The position numbers and the translations under genes were made by a program. Positions 50,923-63,550 of a stretch of DNA of 64,000 bases are shown one piece after another; position 1 is the stretch's first letter; every line of letters begins with the position of its first letter. The notes under the pieces were generated by a model that saw only the letters and a list, made by a program, of their open reading frames with translations, searched no databases and had not been told where the DNA came from. This stretch comes from Lama glama (Eukaryota), in NCBI GenBank assembly GCA_028534125.1, contig CM052818.1:6140001-6204000 (forward strand), in the 5' to 3' direction.

Positions 50923-51719
50923 AATCAATGGAAACGTTGAGTTGTTTCAAGAGAATCTAAGATCTCAATGAAAGACACTCGCATGAATTCCTTGAGAATT
51001 TAGATTTCACCAAGTGAAGCTAGTTCTTGGATATCGACACACCTCTCAAACCTCAGGCAGGGCTACACTATTGGGAAGCTCTTTTACTTTTACATGAAAG
51101 ACTGAAAAGTGTTCCTTTCCAAAGGCTGCTTTGCATTAAGATGTGACCACTGCCTGCACAAAAAGAGAATGGCAAAGAAAGTGTGCCAGCGAAGAACCCC
51201 ATGTGCAGTGAACTGCCAAAGAGACCAAGAACTGTCCTATAAATCACCACTGTTGTGTCCTGATGGGGTGTCAGCTAGTAGGACGGCAATGCTCTGGGGG
51301 AAAGGCTGTGTCACAGGCCTCTCTGTCAGTGTGACTGATCACACACAGTATCGGCAGCTTTCCTTTGTGAAAGCCTCCTTTCTTCTGGCCTACTTCCTTT
51401 CACCTTTTCCTTACTTCTCTCTTTCCTCCCAGATCCTTGATTCTGGCTTTTCCCAACCAATACTCTTGTCTGAAGAAGGTAAACCCACTCAAACAGACCT
51501 CCTTAATATCTCCTGGCACCTGGCAGGTGCCAAGCTAACATCTGGAACTCAGGCTGCTGTTTCAGGATTTTAAAAAAAGTTAAAAATGAAAACTCTATTG
51601 AACAGTAATTCTACAGGTGCCGTGAATCTCACAGTGGAGTCCTGAGCTCTCCCAGGCCCCTCGCAGGTGCACCTCCAATAGCCTCAGTCCTTAGCTTGAT
51701 CTCCACACTACGTACTCAC

Positions 51720-51820
51720 CTGCAGTCTCTTTTCTTTTGCATCTTTACCTTTTCTTCTGAACCCATTTGGAAAAACATCATCCTCAGATCAATGCAAGGA
51801 TCAACCTCTTCTGGTCCCAC
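51720..51820 (-). other. Candidate internal exon (101 nt) of an unidentified transcript
   Basis: Minus strand reads ctgtag|GTGGGA...CTGCAG|gtgagt, a perfect donor with a purine-rich body. The acceptor pyrimidine tract is weak and no homology is recognised. Confidence 0.25.
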
Positions 51821-51999
51821 CTACAGCACAGCTGGCATGATGAGGGCTCCTGCAAGCTCCGATCCCAGCTGCACAGCGGCCAGAGCTCCACCCTCCAGTC
51901 CTTACCCTTGTCGGTGGTCGGCCCCACAGCTCCCTCTCCCTGCTCACCTCAGTGACTGTCCCAAAATGTCCCCCTCTCCTTACCACCTATACAACCCCC

Positions 52000-52523
52000 A
52001 CCACACACACCCCAAGTCTAAGAAAGATCGAGCTCTCCTTCAGCACAGAAATCACAGCCATGGGGTGAGACTTCCTACCAGCCCCACATCTGCAAAGCTG
52101 CACCGACATGGGGCTACTCTAATTTCATACTACTCTCTTCTGTGCCCTACAGTCTGGCCACACTGGCCTTTATGATCCTTGCACAAAACAAGCCCACGCC
52201 CATCTCAATTCCCTCTGCTTGGAATGCCCCGCCCTCTGATCTTCACCTGCCAGCTCCTCCTTCATATTCAAGTATCTGCTTAAATGTCTCCTCAAACTAA
52301 TCTGCATAAACAGTTAGCCAAGCCCTCTATCGATTCCCCCAAATTCCCTGCATATTTCTTAGTGAGTATTATTTGATCTTTACTTGTGGATCATCTGTTT
52401 GCTACCTTAAGTGGAAACTCCAGAAGAAAAGGTATCTTCCAGTTGTGTTCATTGTGGTGTCCCCAGGACCTGTAATTGTGCCACACATAAAGTAAATGCT
52501 CCCCAAATGGATGTTGAATGAAT
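52000..52523 (+). mobile_element. L2a 3' region
   Basis: gccacactggccttt...ttccctctgcttggaatgcccc...gttcattgtggtgtccccaggacct...gtaaatgctccccaaatggatgttgaatgaat. Confidence 0.75.
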
Positions 52524-52941
52524 TACTGAAATAATCCCTCAGAGAGTGTGAGCATGCACAGGCTGCTAGGGGAGTATGGCAGAGGGAAGGGCACTACTGA
52601 GTGCCCACTTGGGACGTGTTCTCATGAGCCTAAGGTGTGGCCATGCATTGTTCTCCTGCTTGTACAGTTGTGTGGATGCATGTACGGAGGAGACAGGTAG
52701 ATGGTACTAAGCACAGCTGGGGTTTTGCCAAACGAGTGTCATGGAGTGAGAAAGGGACCAGAGAGTCAAGGTCTTTGCAAAGCAGAGCTTTTAATGTTGC
52801 ATCATGGAATCTGTGCCGGGAAAGAAACTAGTTAGGATAAGGGGAGGGGATGGAAAGTAAATAAGCGGTGTAGGAACAAATCAGGGGCCTAGATGAAAAT
52901 GAAGAGCTGAGAGGTTAGGAGGTGCCACTCGCACAATTATT

Positions 52942-53050
52942 GGGAAGGAAGGGAGGGAGGGAGGAAGGAAGGAAGAGAGGGAGGGAGGGAGGAGGGAGGA
53001 AGGAAGGAAGGAAGAGAGGGAGGGAGGGAGGAAGGAAGGAAGAGAGGGAG
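52942..53050. repeat. Polypurine (GGAA/GGGA/GAGA)n low-complexity repeat
   Basis: Pure A/G tract running into the assembly gap. Confidence 0.95.
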
Positions 53051-53150
53051 NNNNNNNNNNNNNNNNNNNNNNNNNNNNNNNNNNNNNNNNNNNNNNNNNN
53101 NNNNNNNNNNNNNNNNNNNNNNNNNNNNNNNNNNNNNNNNNNNNNNNNNN
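53051..53150. other. Assembly gap (100 N)
   Basis: Exactly 100 N, the usual placeholder for a gap of unknown size. Confidence 0.99.
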
Positions 53151-53350
53151 AAATTTTTCCCTGTTCCTTTAATTTTGTACCTAAATGAGATGATGGATGT
53201 TCATTAAACTTACTGTGATCATCACTTCATGATGTATGTAAATCAAATCATTATGCTGTGCACCTTAAACTTACACAGTGCTGTGTGTCAATTATAGCTC
53301 AATAAAACTGGAAGGAAAAATGCTTAATAAATAAATAAATAAAAATAAAG
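53151..53350 (+). mobile_element. L1 3' end (L1MA-like, laurasiatherian type)
   Basis: gagatgatggatgttcattaaacttactgtgatcatcacttcatgatgtatgtaaatcaaatcattatgctgtgcaccttaaacttacacagtgctgtgtgtcaattatagctcaataaaactgg, followed by a (TAAA)n tail. Confidence 0.85.
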
Positions 53351-54419
53351 GGCAATGGGGAAAAAATCAGCGAATGGGTCTAGTTTCCCCAGACACTGGA
53401 GTCGTAGGAGGGCAGGACGACATTTCACTTATCCTTGTTTCCAATCACAAAGCCTAGGGCTCGGCATCCATTCAGCAATCATTAACTTTCACTGAATAAC
53501 TGGATCAGTAAACCAGTGAATGAATTATACCAGAGAACAGCAGACTGACTTGAATGCCATAGCAACACACGCCAGGCAGCCTCCCAGGGCACTGGGTCTC
53601 CCCTAAGGACCAGGAGTGACAATGTTCCCTACTCACCGCTGCACCATAGCACCCTCCACAGCAGGTGCCACTGAGTGTCAGACAGAGATGAAAGGCCCTC
53701 TGAGATGATGTGGCCAAACATGGACACACGGGCCACCTCTGAAACACTCGGAGTCGTCTGGCATAGACCATATACAAACACGGGTATTACTGATGAACTG
53801 ATATTTGCTCAGTTCCCAAAGGTCTTTGGGGAAAGTAAAGTCTAGGTAGCTTCAAAGTATAGGTCAGCTCAATGGGACGCAGCTCTGTTTGTTTCTCCAG
53901 AGACAGGTCTCCGGCTCCTACTTGAAGCTTGACTTCCAGTTGCTAAATCATTACTTTCAGTTATGAGCATTTATTGTTAGAACTAATGAGGTGCCTCCAA
54001 AAAAAAATTTTCACAACTTGCTTTTGAACATTCTGAGAAGCTCTTTCGTGGAAGCTACAAACAGGGTCTTTGTGAGAGAAGTCACCTCCTGCCCTGACCA
54101 GGTGTGCCCGCCCAGCTCCGTGCTGACAGGAGCACCGGCCCTTCCACCAAGGGGGACCATCTTCTGCAGTGAGAACTTGGAAAGGCAAAGCCAGCAGGAA
54201 AGCCGTTTTCTTCGACAGGGGCAGACCTGCCTCACTGTTCTCAGGAAACTCAGCTACTGCTAAGGTTCCCTGGGATGGAGACAGTGGCCATGTCAAGGCA
54301 GTTGGCCCTCTTAGAGCTTCTCCCCACCTCAAGATGTTTTCTAGATTCTTCCCCACAGGGTGCCCACTCCACTGTGATGGCATGTGAACACCCGGGGCCA
54401 GAAACCAGAAATGTGTGCT

Positions 54420-54512
54420 CTAATATTTCTCAAACTGGAGGTGGAAATGTTAGTAAAACCTAGGGAACTTTTTTAAAATGTACAAGTCTAGACTCCCTCC
54501 CAAAGACTCCAA
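54420..54512. mobile_element. MER5-like hAT fragment
   Basis: tttctcaaactggag...aaaacctagggaacttttttaaaatgtacaagtctagactccctcccaaagactcc. Confidence 0.45.
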
Positions 54513-55609
54513 TACACCCTCTTCTTATGCGGAAAACCATAGCTATTTTGTTATGTGTCTGTTATATTTGTCATGCTAATACTAAGAGTGAAGTTTACAG
54601 CAAAGGCAGCTGTCAGCAGGAAATTACTCTGATTACTGGAGGCAACAAGCATGTTGCATCCAGGAGTCAGCTCTACTGGTCAGCAGTGGCCGCTACTCAT
54701 GTCTGCCAGGGGGTAGGGATAGGACAGTGACGGTAAGTGGGCCGCACGTCTGCCTCTGCAGCCCAGGTCCTCTACAGAGCCGGAAACGAGGCTCAGGGCT
54801 CCAGCTTCTTTTACTACAAGTAAAACCCCTTCTGTGAAGCCAGTGAAACAAGCCCTGGGGATGCATCCGCTAAACAGTGCTTATTTAAAGATGCAGTGGG
54901 TGGGGCTGGGATGAAATTTAAAAAGGAAGTCAAACCATGTGCTTCCTGGAAACAGACCCCAAACACAAAGCAGAAAACACCCTTACAGGGAGGAGAAAGG
55001 AGGTTTCCTAGGAGAAGCATAGCTAGGATGTAGCAAAGCGCTGTCTGCCAGTTCACAGGGTTGTCTTTGCATTGCTCAAAGGTAAAGGGGAAGCTAACAA
55101 CAGTGTTTTGAACATGTTTAGATGTTTTGTTACCAAAGGCAGCCCAGAAAGCCTGAATTCTCTGAAATGGAAAAGAAAGAACAAAAAGGCACATTGTGCA
55201 TTTTCCTTACTGTCAGTTACTTCACAGCATTTCTTGAGAACCTGAAGCATGATTTGATAAAGAGGGGTTGGCTGGCAAATATTTTAAATGAAGGCAGTTT
55301 TCAGATTTTTTTAAAAAATGCCTTCAAATAAAGGTTATTGGGAAACCCCAAGGTCAATGTCAGGTCTGATCTTGGTCCTTTGAGGTCCCCGCTCAGTCTG
55401 AATTGGCTGGACCAGAGCGGGCAATGGTGCCCAACTGTATTCACCTTTTCCCCATCGGACAACTCTGAGGACCCATCCTTTCCAGCCTCCCCCTCAGCAT
55501 TTAGCAGCCATGCTGTGTGAATCCAGATCCACACCCTCCTCTCTCTTAGGTGTGTGGGTGCATATTTACTGGCAAGGGTGACCTGTGCTGGGGGAGTGAC
55601 AGACTCCTC

Positions 55610-55785
55610 TCGGACTCCAAGGCAGCCTGAGTTCAGACCCGGCTCCGTGAGAACTTCCCAGTCATTTCCCCGCCTGCGCTCAGCTTCTTCTTCTGCAGGT
55701 GAGGATAATAACGTCTTCCCAGGACTGCTGTGTGAGAACTAAGTGACTGTTAAAGCCCTTTGTGCATTAAAAAGCAAATGCAAGG
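55610..55785 (+). mobile_element. Degenerate MIR
   Basis: cagcctgagttcagacccggctc...cgctcagcttcttcttctgcaggtgaggataataac...ggactgctgtgtgagaactaagtga. Confidence 0.6.
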
Positions 55786-55809
55786 CATCCAAAGCCAGAT
55801 GTCCCCAGC

Positions 55810-56078
55810 CTAAATGCCACCTCCTCAGAGGGGTCTTCCCTGACCACACTATGATAATGGCCACTCTTCTCCCCCTCTGCTGCCTTTCCCCGCCTTCCTT
55901 TACACGGCTCACCACTCCCTGACATTATAGTTTATTTAGTTAGTTGGTAATTTATTTATGAAATAGAAATCCATGGACAGGAACCTCCATCTGTCTTGCC
56001 GCCTACTGATTCCAGACCCCAGAACTACACCTGATCTAAAATAGGCACTCAATAAGTATTCTTTTACTAGATGAATGA
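55810..56078 (+). mobile_element. L2a 3' end
   Basis: aaatgccacctcctcagaggggtcttccctgaccac...ataggcactcaataagtattcttttactagatgaatga. Confidence 0.8.
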
Positions 56079-57469
56079 CTCTTTGCACCCCATACCACCT
56101 AGCTGATGAGGACAAGGGCAAATGACTCTTCTTGGTAGACCATATATCTCCCAGCTAGCCACCAGAAAAAAAAAACAGTAGACACCTACTCAAAGATATG
56201 AACCATCTTTTTGCTTAATGTAACTGGGACATTTCACGTAACAAGGAAACAAGATGAAAAACTCACTTGAATAAATCCTCAAATGAAAAGATTTTAATGT
56301 CTTGGGAAGTTCTAAGTTCAGCAACTATAAAAATCAAAAGAATTTCTCCCTAGAAGGAAAACGGAAAACAAATTTAAGTATACCCCATTCTGTTTTTAAG
56401 TCTGCTGCATAAGGGAAAAAAATTCACTACGAATGAAAGAGGCCTAACTGAGGTCCAGCTCTATTTGAACAATAGCTGAGCACTTTTTCATAATATTTGA
56501 CTGAAACTGGCCTCAACTAGTCCCTATGGATCTCAGTCTCACAGATACAGTTCTCTGGAAACCAGAAAACATGACATCAAGAAGCCTGCTAATCACTTGC
56601 TGATGTCAACTCTTTCTTATTCATGCATAGGAAATAATTCCATTCATAGTGCCAAGGCCCATTAAAGGTCTTCATAGTGTCCCATCAGCCATTTTTTCAA
56701 AGTTCATAATTAAATATGCCCAGCTTAAAGGGCACATGAATTTTAGTTCAAGAATCTGGAAATCAAAACAGTACAAATTAAAATGAAGGACAATTATCTT
56801 CAAAAACCACAGTGCCAATGATTGATTATGTTCTAACTGGTCTACCACAGTGAAAAAGAGGATGAAAACTTATTTTGTTTTCTACAAAACTCAAAACCTA
56901 TCCCCTCCGCTAAGAGAAGCAAGAGCTAACACTTCACGTTTCTCATTTTAAATAAATGTTGATTCAGGATGTAAAAGAATCATTTGAACTGCTCCTGAAA
57001 TACTTACCAAGCTCAATCCCAGTTCTTCGAGAAAGTGAACATCCCCCAGTATTGATCCCAGCAGACATGAGAAAGCAGTGGAGAGGCTGAAAACTGTCAT
57101 ATTTGTATTGACTTGAAGGCAATGAGGAGGGAAAGCTCCGCCTGGGATAAGCCTGAACCATTCCCGAATATCCACTGTCCTTTAATTGGATCCTCATTTC
57201 CCCTGGCAACCCCTCAAAGCCCACCCCTTCCCACACCCCCAGGATCACCACGGGAGACGTCAATACGGCACTGGCTCTGCACTTCCATTTCCAGGCCTCT
57301 CTCCCAACACATCCACTAAACAACCCAATGTCTCCTCAAGTCCACACTTCCTATTATACCAAACTATCCTCATTCTGTTCATCCGTGGCTACTACCTCCA
57401 GGAGACCCTGCTTTGATGACATCAACTTTTGGCTTCTGGTTCTTCTCACCAACGCGCCCAGGCTTTGGT

Positions 57470-57668
57470 GCTAAGACCTGCATTCGCAGCCTTTCTCTAG
57501 CACATCTACCTGGAAGACTTGGGCCACACTGAGAGGCTTCCTTTCTCATCTGCAGAGTAGGTGCACTACCACCTACCATGATGGGGCTGTTGTGAGGCTT
57601 AAATACTAGAAGAGATGTGGGAAACAGGTGCATACTGGCACGTAGTAGGCCCTCAATAAATAGTAGCT
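57470..57668 (+). mobile_element. MIR
   Basis: tttctcatctgcagagtaggtg...ggggctgttgtgaggcttaaat...ctggcacgtagtaggccctcaataaatagtagc. Confidence 0.8.
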
Positions 57669-58379
57669 TCCTTCACTCCTTTTCTGCCCCTGGCCTTTAA
57701 CCCTGGTGGGTTCAGAACCCATACTGATGATCCTTTCAGTACTGACCTAACCTGTGGGACTCCATAACGTCAACCCCATTGTGCTGCAACACATTCTCCA
57801 TCATACCCTGGGATGCTGCATCACTGGAAACTATCCCAGCTGAAAAGTCCAAAGCCCTGAACTTCCCTTCTCCAAGTAGCCTCTGCTTCCCCACCTGTTC
57901 ATTCCTACTGCATTTGTTCTGGGCCCTTATCATGGCAGCCAGCCATTCAGCCTCTCCCTACTCCCCTAGAGCAGGGTCTCAGTCCCTACCCAGTTCCATT
58001 CACCCTACTGCCCAAGCCAGGCTGCCTCCAGACACTTCAGCCTCCTACCCTGCAAGCACCCTTGGGCCCTTCAACTTCTTGACCCCCTGCTGAGACTGCC
58101 TTGTCACATTCTAATCCCGCGAATACTCACCATCTACTTTCATCTAACAAAATCCTCCAACCATGCTGACTGGGTCCATTCTCAATGCTGGTTCACTCCA
58201 GCTGGCCCCTCACTACTGATGAATTTTCTCCCTCAGCTCTTCTGAACTTCCACAGACAGCCCCGTTCTCGTCCGCAACCCTCTGACTCCCAGCACTGGCC
58301 CAGGCTCCTGTGCTGCAGAGATGTTCAAGTTAATGTGACAGGAGCTACCACAGCATCTCTCTAAATGGACCTGCTCGTT

Positions 58380-59400
58380 TAAGAGTCTCTGGTGGCCTCT
58401 AATAGCCACATCCTCAACCGCTTCCCAGCACTCGATGCTACTGCTCACTTCTTCCTTCTCGAAGTTCTGTCTCTCCTTGTCATCCTTTACACTGCACTTA
58501 ATTCTCCTGTCTCCCTCCTCATGGGTTCAGCTTCCTCCTCTAAGCCCTAAAAGCATAAATTCCTTCAATTCTGAACCACGGGTCTTGACCCTCTGCCCTC
58601 AATACTCTCATTGGAAATCTCATTTATCCCTATTATTTTTGCCATCTCTTCCAAGAAATTACTTCAAAATTCCATCCTTCAAATCTACTAAACACTCCAG
58701 AAGATTCCATCAGGAGATTCCATGGGCACCTTGTTTCTTTCTCCTATTTCTATTATAATACTATCAACCTTCCATTCCCTCAATCATTCTTGGCTCCTTC
58801 TCTCATCCTTGACAATCTAATTATGCCAGATCACACCTATTCTAACTCTTGAATCCATCACTGCCTCCAGTTCCCATGTGCACCTACCTGCCTGCTTCAG
58901 GGCCTCAGAACTCTTACCTGAAATATTACAAGAGCTTCATAACTGCTTTTCCTTCCTCCTAAGTCCCTGGGTCCCCACCACCAGATTAAGTGGCTAACAA
59001 ATTAAATCTAAACCACAGTTTAGCTTGGAATTCCAGAACCTCTTGGGCCTGGCCACAACGGAGCCTTCCAGCTTAATCATTCTCTACTTTTCTCAATGAA
59101 CCTTAAACCAACTATAATTGTCCTATAGTTCACTGTTCCCCAAACATGTGCTTCTGTTTCCCACCTCAGCACTTTGTTCTCATCACTCATCCCAACCCAT
59201 TTCATTCCCATCATATCATTTTCCCAAAATTCTAGCCGGGGGGAAAAATCTATTCATTCTTCTAGGCTCAGCTCAAATGTCATACATACCTTGAAGCCTT
59301 CCCCAATCCACCATCAAATGTAATCTCATCTCTTCCTGAGCAGGCAGAGCACTCTGTCCATCCATTGCTTGTGGGATTGAAAGCATTCTGTATGCCTTCC
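58380..59400 (+). mobile_element. Long degenerate L2
   Basis: Extended C/T-rich L2-like body ending ttcattcttctaggctcagctcaaatgtcatacataccttgaagccttcccc. Confidence 0.6.
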
Positions 59401-59751
59401 TGATAAGTCCTGCTTATAGAAGCATCTCCCTCAGCGGGAGGCTTACCTTCCCCTTCCTGCCAAGCTCCCAAGCCCTCTAGGACTGTCCCCTCTACACCAC
59501 TGCTGCTGCTGACGTGGGCCACTTCTTCCTCTTCTCCTCCTGCTTCGTTCTGCTACTTCTCTGCAGCCCAAGGCTCCAGCCATCACTATCACCATCCACC
59601 TCTCTCAATTAAAGAGTTAAGTCCCTTCCACCCCATGCAGTCCCAGTGCCTCCTAATTCCACCTGAAATGTCCAAAGGTCAAAGGTATGCAAGCCAAGCC
59701 ATAAACTTGCATGGAGGTTCTGTTCTCAGAGAGCTAAAAATAATCTTATAG

Positions 59752-60112
59752 TGAAATAAGTAAGAGAGAGAAAGACAAATCCTGTATGATATCACTTATA
59801 TGTGGAATCTAAAACAATACAACAAACTAGTGAATACAGCTAAAAAGAAGCAGATTCCCAGATGTGGAGAACAAACTAGTGCTCACCAGTGGGGAGAAGG
59901 AAGGAGGGACAGGAAAGAGGGGTAGGGGATTAAGAGGTACAAGCTACTATGTATAAAATAAGCTACAAGGATATATTGCACAACATGGGGAATATAGTCA
60001 ATATTTTATAATAACTATAAATGGAGTATAACCTTTAAAAATTTGTGAATCACAATACTGCACACCTGTAATTTATATAATATTGTACATCAACTATACT
60101 TCAATTAAAAAT
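59752..60112 (+). mobile_element. 5'-truncated L1 3' end (same type as 37950-38305)
   Basis: gagaaagacaaatcctgtatgatatcacttatatgtggaatct...aatattttataataactataaatggagtataacctttaaaaa...caactatacttcaattaaaa. TSD: aataatcttatag (59739-59751) and aataatcttacag (60113-60125). Confidence 0.9.
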
Positions 60113-62029
60113 AATAATCTTACAGAATTCCTAACTATACCTTGTCTTTCATACACAATTTTAATAATCTATTTCTATCATACTGTGTGTCCTGTCGCTT
60201 TCTCCTTTCCTCCTCCTTTGCCTGATTTAACAGGCTGAAAAAGGCTAGAGTTCCCATATACTATGTGCTGAAAATGATTCAACCTCCCCCACGTACATTC
60301 AGTTGATGAAACCTACACTTTAAGTCACACCAAGTTGACATTTTCATTCTCCTGTTTCGGATTCTTTTTTTTTTTCAATCATCAGGGAAAAATAGATAAA
60401 ATATTTAAATAACTGCATACACATTGTACAACTAAGATCGAATCATTGAAAAACTGTTAAAGGCTGGTAGGCAAACATCGAAATTTTGAAAATCCTATTG
60501 GCTGTTGTACGAAAGCCTAAATCTGGCCCACAAAAGACAGTCTGAAGTATTGAAGACAATATGCAAAAGTAAGGGGTGTACAAAAGCTGGGGCCACTATG
60601 GTATTCCTCACAACACTCAGGATCATTCCTGACACTTTGGTAATCCCATGTCACAGCAAAGTGGGCAAAAGAACGCTCACAACCCCAATGGTGAGAATTC
60701 TGGGTTTTAGCAGAACTAGAAGGGAATGCTTCAAATGGTTTCCCACTGCATTGTTTCAATTACATAAAGAGTTAAAGGGGCTTTTTTTTTTGTCTTGCCC
60801 AAGATTATAACAGTATTTTATAAATGACAGAGTGTTATATAATTGCAATGTGTTAGAACCTTGTTTATATGGAATTCATTCCATAATGACTTCAAATTGC
60901 ATTTTAAAATGTGTCTCAGTGTAAGCTTCTAGAAGGCAGGGCCCATTTCTTACCTCTCTTTGTATCTTATATTTCATAATATTTTTAATATAAATGGTCA
61001 AAAGTTCTTACCATAAGCATGACAAGATGAATTGATATAAAAAGAAGAAAAGCCAAAATTAGCCAAAAGGCTTTTAAAGATGTAATCACTGGGCATCACT
61101 GTAAGTTACTTCAAATGGGCATATTTAAGTCAGACTCTTTCCAAATAAGAAACAGAAACCCTGCAGATAAGAAAACAATCGTGTCCATCTACATCGCCAT
61201 CAGATTATATTTCCTTTCATGCAAATCAGTGGAATCAACCTGCATGGAATTTGACAGCAAGTCTCTCGCAAAGGCAAAGGAAAATTATTCAGCTTCCTTG
61301 GCTCAAAAGCCAGCTTAAGCTGTGGCTAGAATGGAAAGGAAATAAAAAGCGAGAGGCATCCGTAGAATGTGGGATCCTTTCACTGGAGGTTTTCATTCGC
61401 TCCCTCACACTGGCCAACACGAGAGCAGGAAAATGTTTAACTTCCGCCTCAAATGGTGTTGCCCATGGTTGCTATTCAGGAAATCAGCTAGCCTGAGACC
61501 CAGCCTCCTCACCACACAGTGACTGTTAACACACACACCACACACACCACTCACACTGCCACTGCTTCCTCTGAATCCAGAGTTGGCTCCTCTACTGAGA
61601 ATCTCTTCCCTGGGAGAGGCATCAATGGAGCAAGGAAATTGTCTCTACCTCTGGGTGGGTTACCAGGGCTCCCTCTTTTCAAGCCTCGCCACAGCCGTGC
61701 TCTGAGGGACATTGATCTGCGCTCCCCTCATTGTCCCGCTGCACCAGAAACAAGGAACAGCAAAAGAACAGTCATTATTTGTACTTGGCAAAAAAGGCGG
61801 CAGTAAAAACTGAGAGGCAGTGGGCATGAAAATGTCAGACTGAGGATATGAATGAAGCAGAGGCAGCAAGCACGGAGAAACAGTCTCTGTGGAGAGGAGC
61901 CTCAACTACAGACAGAGAGGTAACTGATAGAGAAGAAATGAGAGAGAGAAATGGGGGTGGGCAGGCCCACGACACCTAAGCGCAAACACACTCAGGTTCA
62001 ATGCTGCTGCCGCCTCCCGAGGTGGCTAG

Positions 62030-62290
62030 TCTAATGGCTGAGGAGCACCCAGACTCCAGAGTGAACGTCCACAGTTCTAATTCTGGCCCTGCCTGCCATT
62101 TACATGATTTGTAAAGGTCAATTATTTAATCTCTTTGTGCCTCAGTTTCCTTATCTGTAAAACAGTGATGATGATGATGATGACGATGGTGATTACCTAT
62201 TAGAACTGTCATGGGGTTTAAATGAGCTAACATTCAGAATGGTAAGGTTAGAACAGTGTCTGGCAGGTAGTATGTGTGAGTTATTGCTGT
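62030..62290 (+). mobile_element. MIR with an internal (GAT)n expansion
   Basis: tttaatctctttgtgcctcagtttccttatctgtaaaacagtgatgatgatgatgatgacgatg...ggggtttaaatgagctaac...ttagaacagtgtctggca. Confidence 0.85.
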
Positions 62291-62635
62291 TCTGATGATG
62301 ATCTGGTAAAAGTCATTTCAACACCCCTGACTTCCCTTCCTTATGCAGAAAAAGAAAAGAAGCTAAACTAGTTACTTTCACCTTTAATATTCTATCATTC
62401 TACCCATGTTATTTGCCACATGCCTTGGGGGAAACTGCATAACCCTGCAGGTGAGCATCCTGTAAACCAGGATACCTAGTGTCACTTGACACAAAATCAG
62501 CCTCCTCCTGCCGTGGGGGCGCTGTCCCGACACAGCAGGCATTGTCTCCTGGACCACATTCCCAACTGGGGCTGAACTCCAGTCTCTGACAGACAAGGTT
62601 CTAGGAGGTGGTATCACTCCCAAACTAGAACTCAC

Positions 62636-62803
62636 CTTCAGTAAATCCAAATGCTACTGCACAGAACTCAATGCGAAATTTATTGGGTGTTTTCTTTTTC
62701 CTTCAAATTTGGATTCAAGATGGGTCTTCAGCCAAATCAAGCAGGTAAAATGTCTTCAATGAACTTTCTTCGGTTCCCCACCTCAAGTCCATCCCATGCA
62801 GAG
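62636..62803 (-). other. Candidate non-coding exon (168 nt)
   Basis: Minus strand reads ctcaccccatcctgctgtttaatgcag|CTCTGC...TGAAG|gtgagt, with a branch-like ctcac, a pyrimidine tract and a consensus donor. All three frames contain stops. Confidence 0.25.
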
Positions 62804-63550
62804 CTGCATTAAACAGCAGGATGGGGTGAGTGGGAAGTTCTGCAGGAACCAATTCGTAAGGGGCACTGAAACATCACTAGGACACAGAATGTTACTAACA
62901 TGCCAAGCTCTTGCTCCTAGAACAGAGGTGTGAACCAGGATCAGTGTGCTCTAACTGTCCCCTCCACGTGGTTTCACATTTACTCCTCACAGCAACTCCT
63001 TGATGATGAGACAGTCACTTCACAGAATCTCCAGGAGGCCTGGAGAAGGAGAAGGGGTGGCCACACGTCTAAAACAGCAGCCACGATCTCCCTGCAGTCC
63101 TACCCTCTGCGCCAGATCCCGCCCTGGGCTCTGGGTCCCACGGCACTACCGCCACCCTTGCTGCTCCTGGAAACTGCAGCCAGCTCTGCAGAGACCCCAC
63201 TTCTTCACCTCACTAGCCCCCAAGCCAAGTCCCTGTGGGTGTGTCTGGTGGGCAAATCAGGGTCACAGGTGCCAAGGGGTCTGAGAAAATACAGGGTGAG
63301 AGACAGTCTCTGACTCCTAACAAGACTGAGGACCCGAACTCCTCAACACGAAAGGGAAGCTCCAGCGCAGGTGGTGGCAAGGAAGGGCAAACCTGCAAAC
63401 TCGGGCTCAGAGAGAAGACTTCATCTTTGGGACTTCACTGCGGTCTTCAACTAAGACGACAGTGACAACTTATCCTGCCTGCTGGGACCATCTCACTTAC
63501 GCCTGCTATCCTGGCTCCACTATGAATAACATCTTTTTCATTCTTAGAAG

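Noticed and set aside
51109..52175. 154-aa and 159-aa plus-strand ORFs
   Set aside because: Both start at non-ATG codons, show no recognisable homology, and the second runs into an L2 element.
52922..53188. ORF spanning the purine repeat and Ns
   Set aside because: Artefact of low-complexity sequence and the assembly gap.
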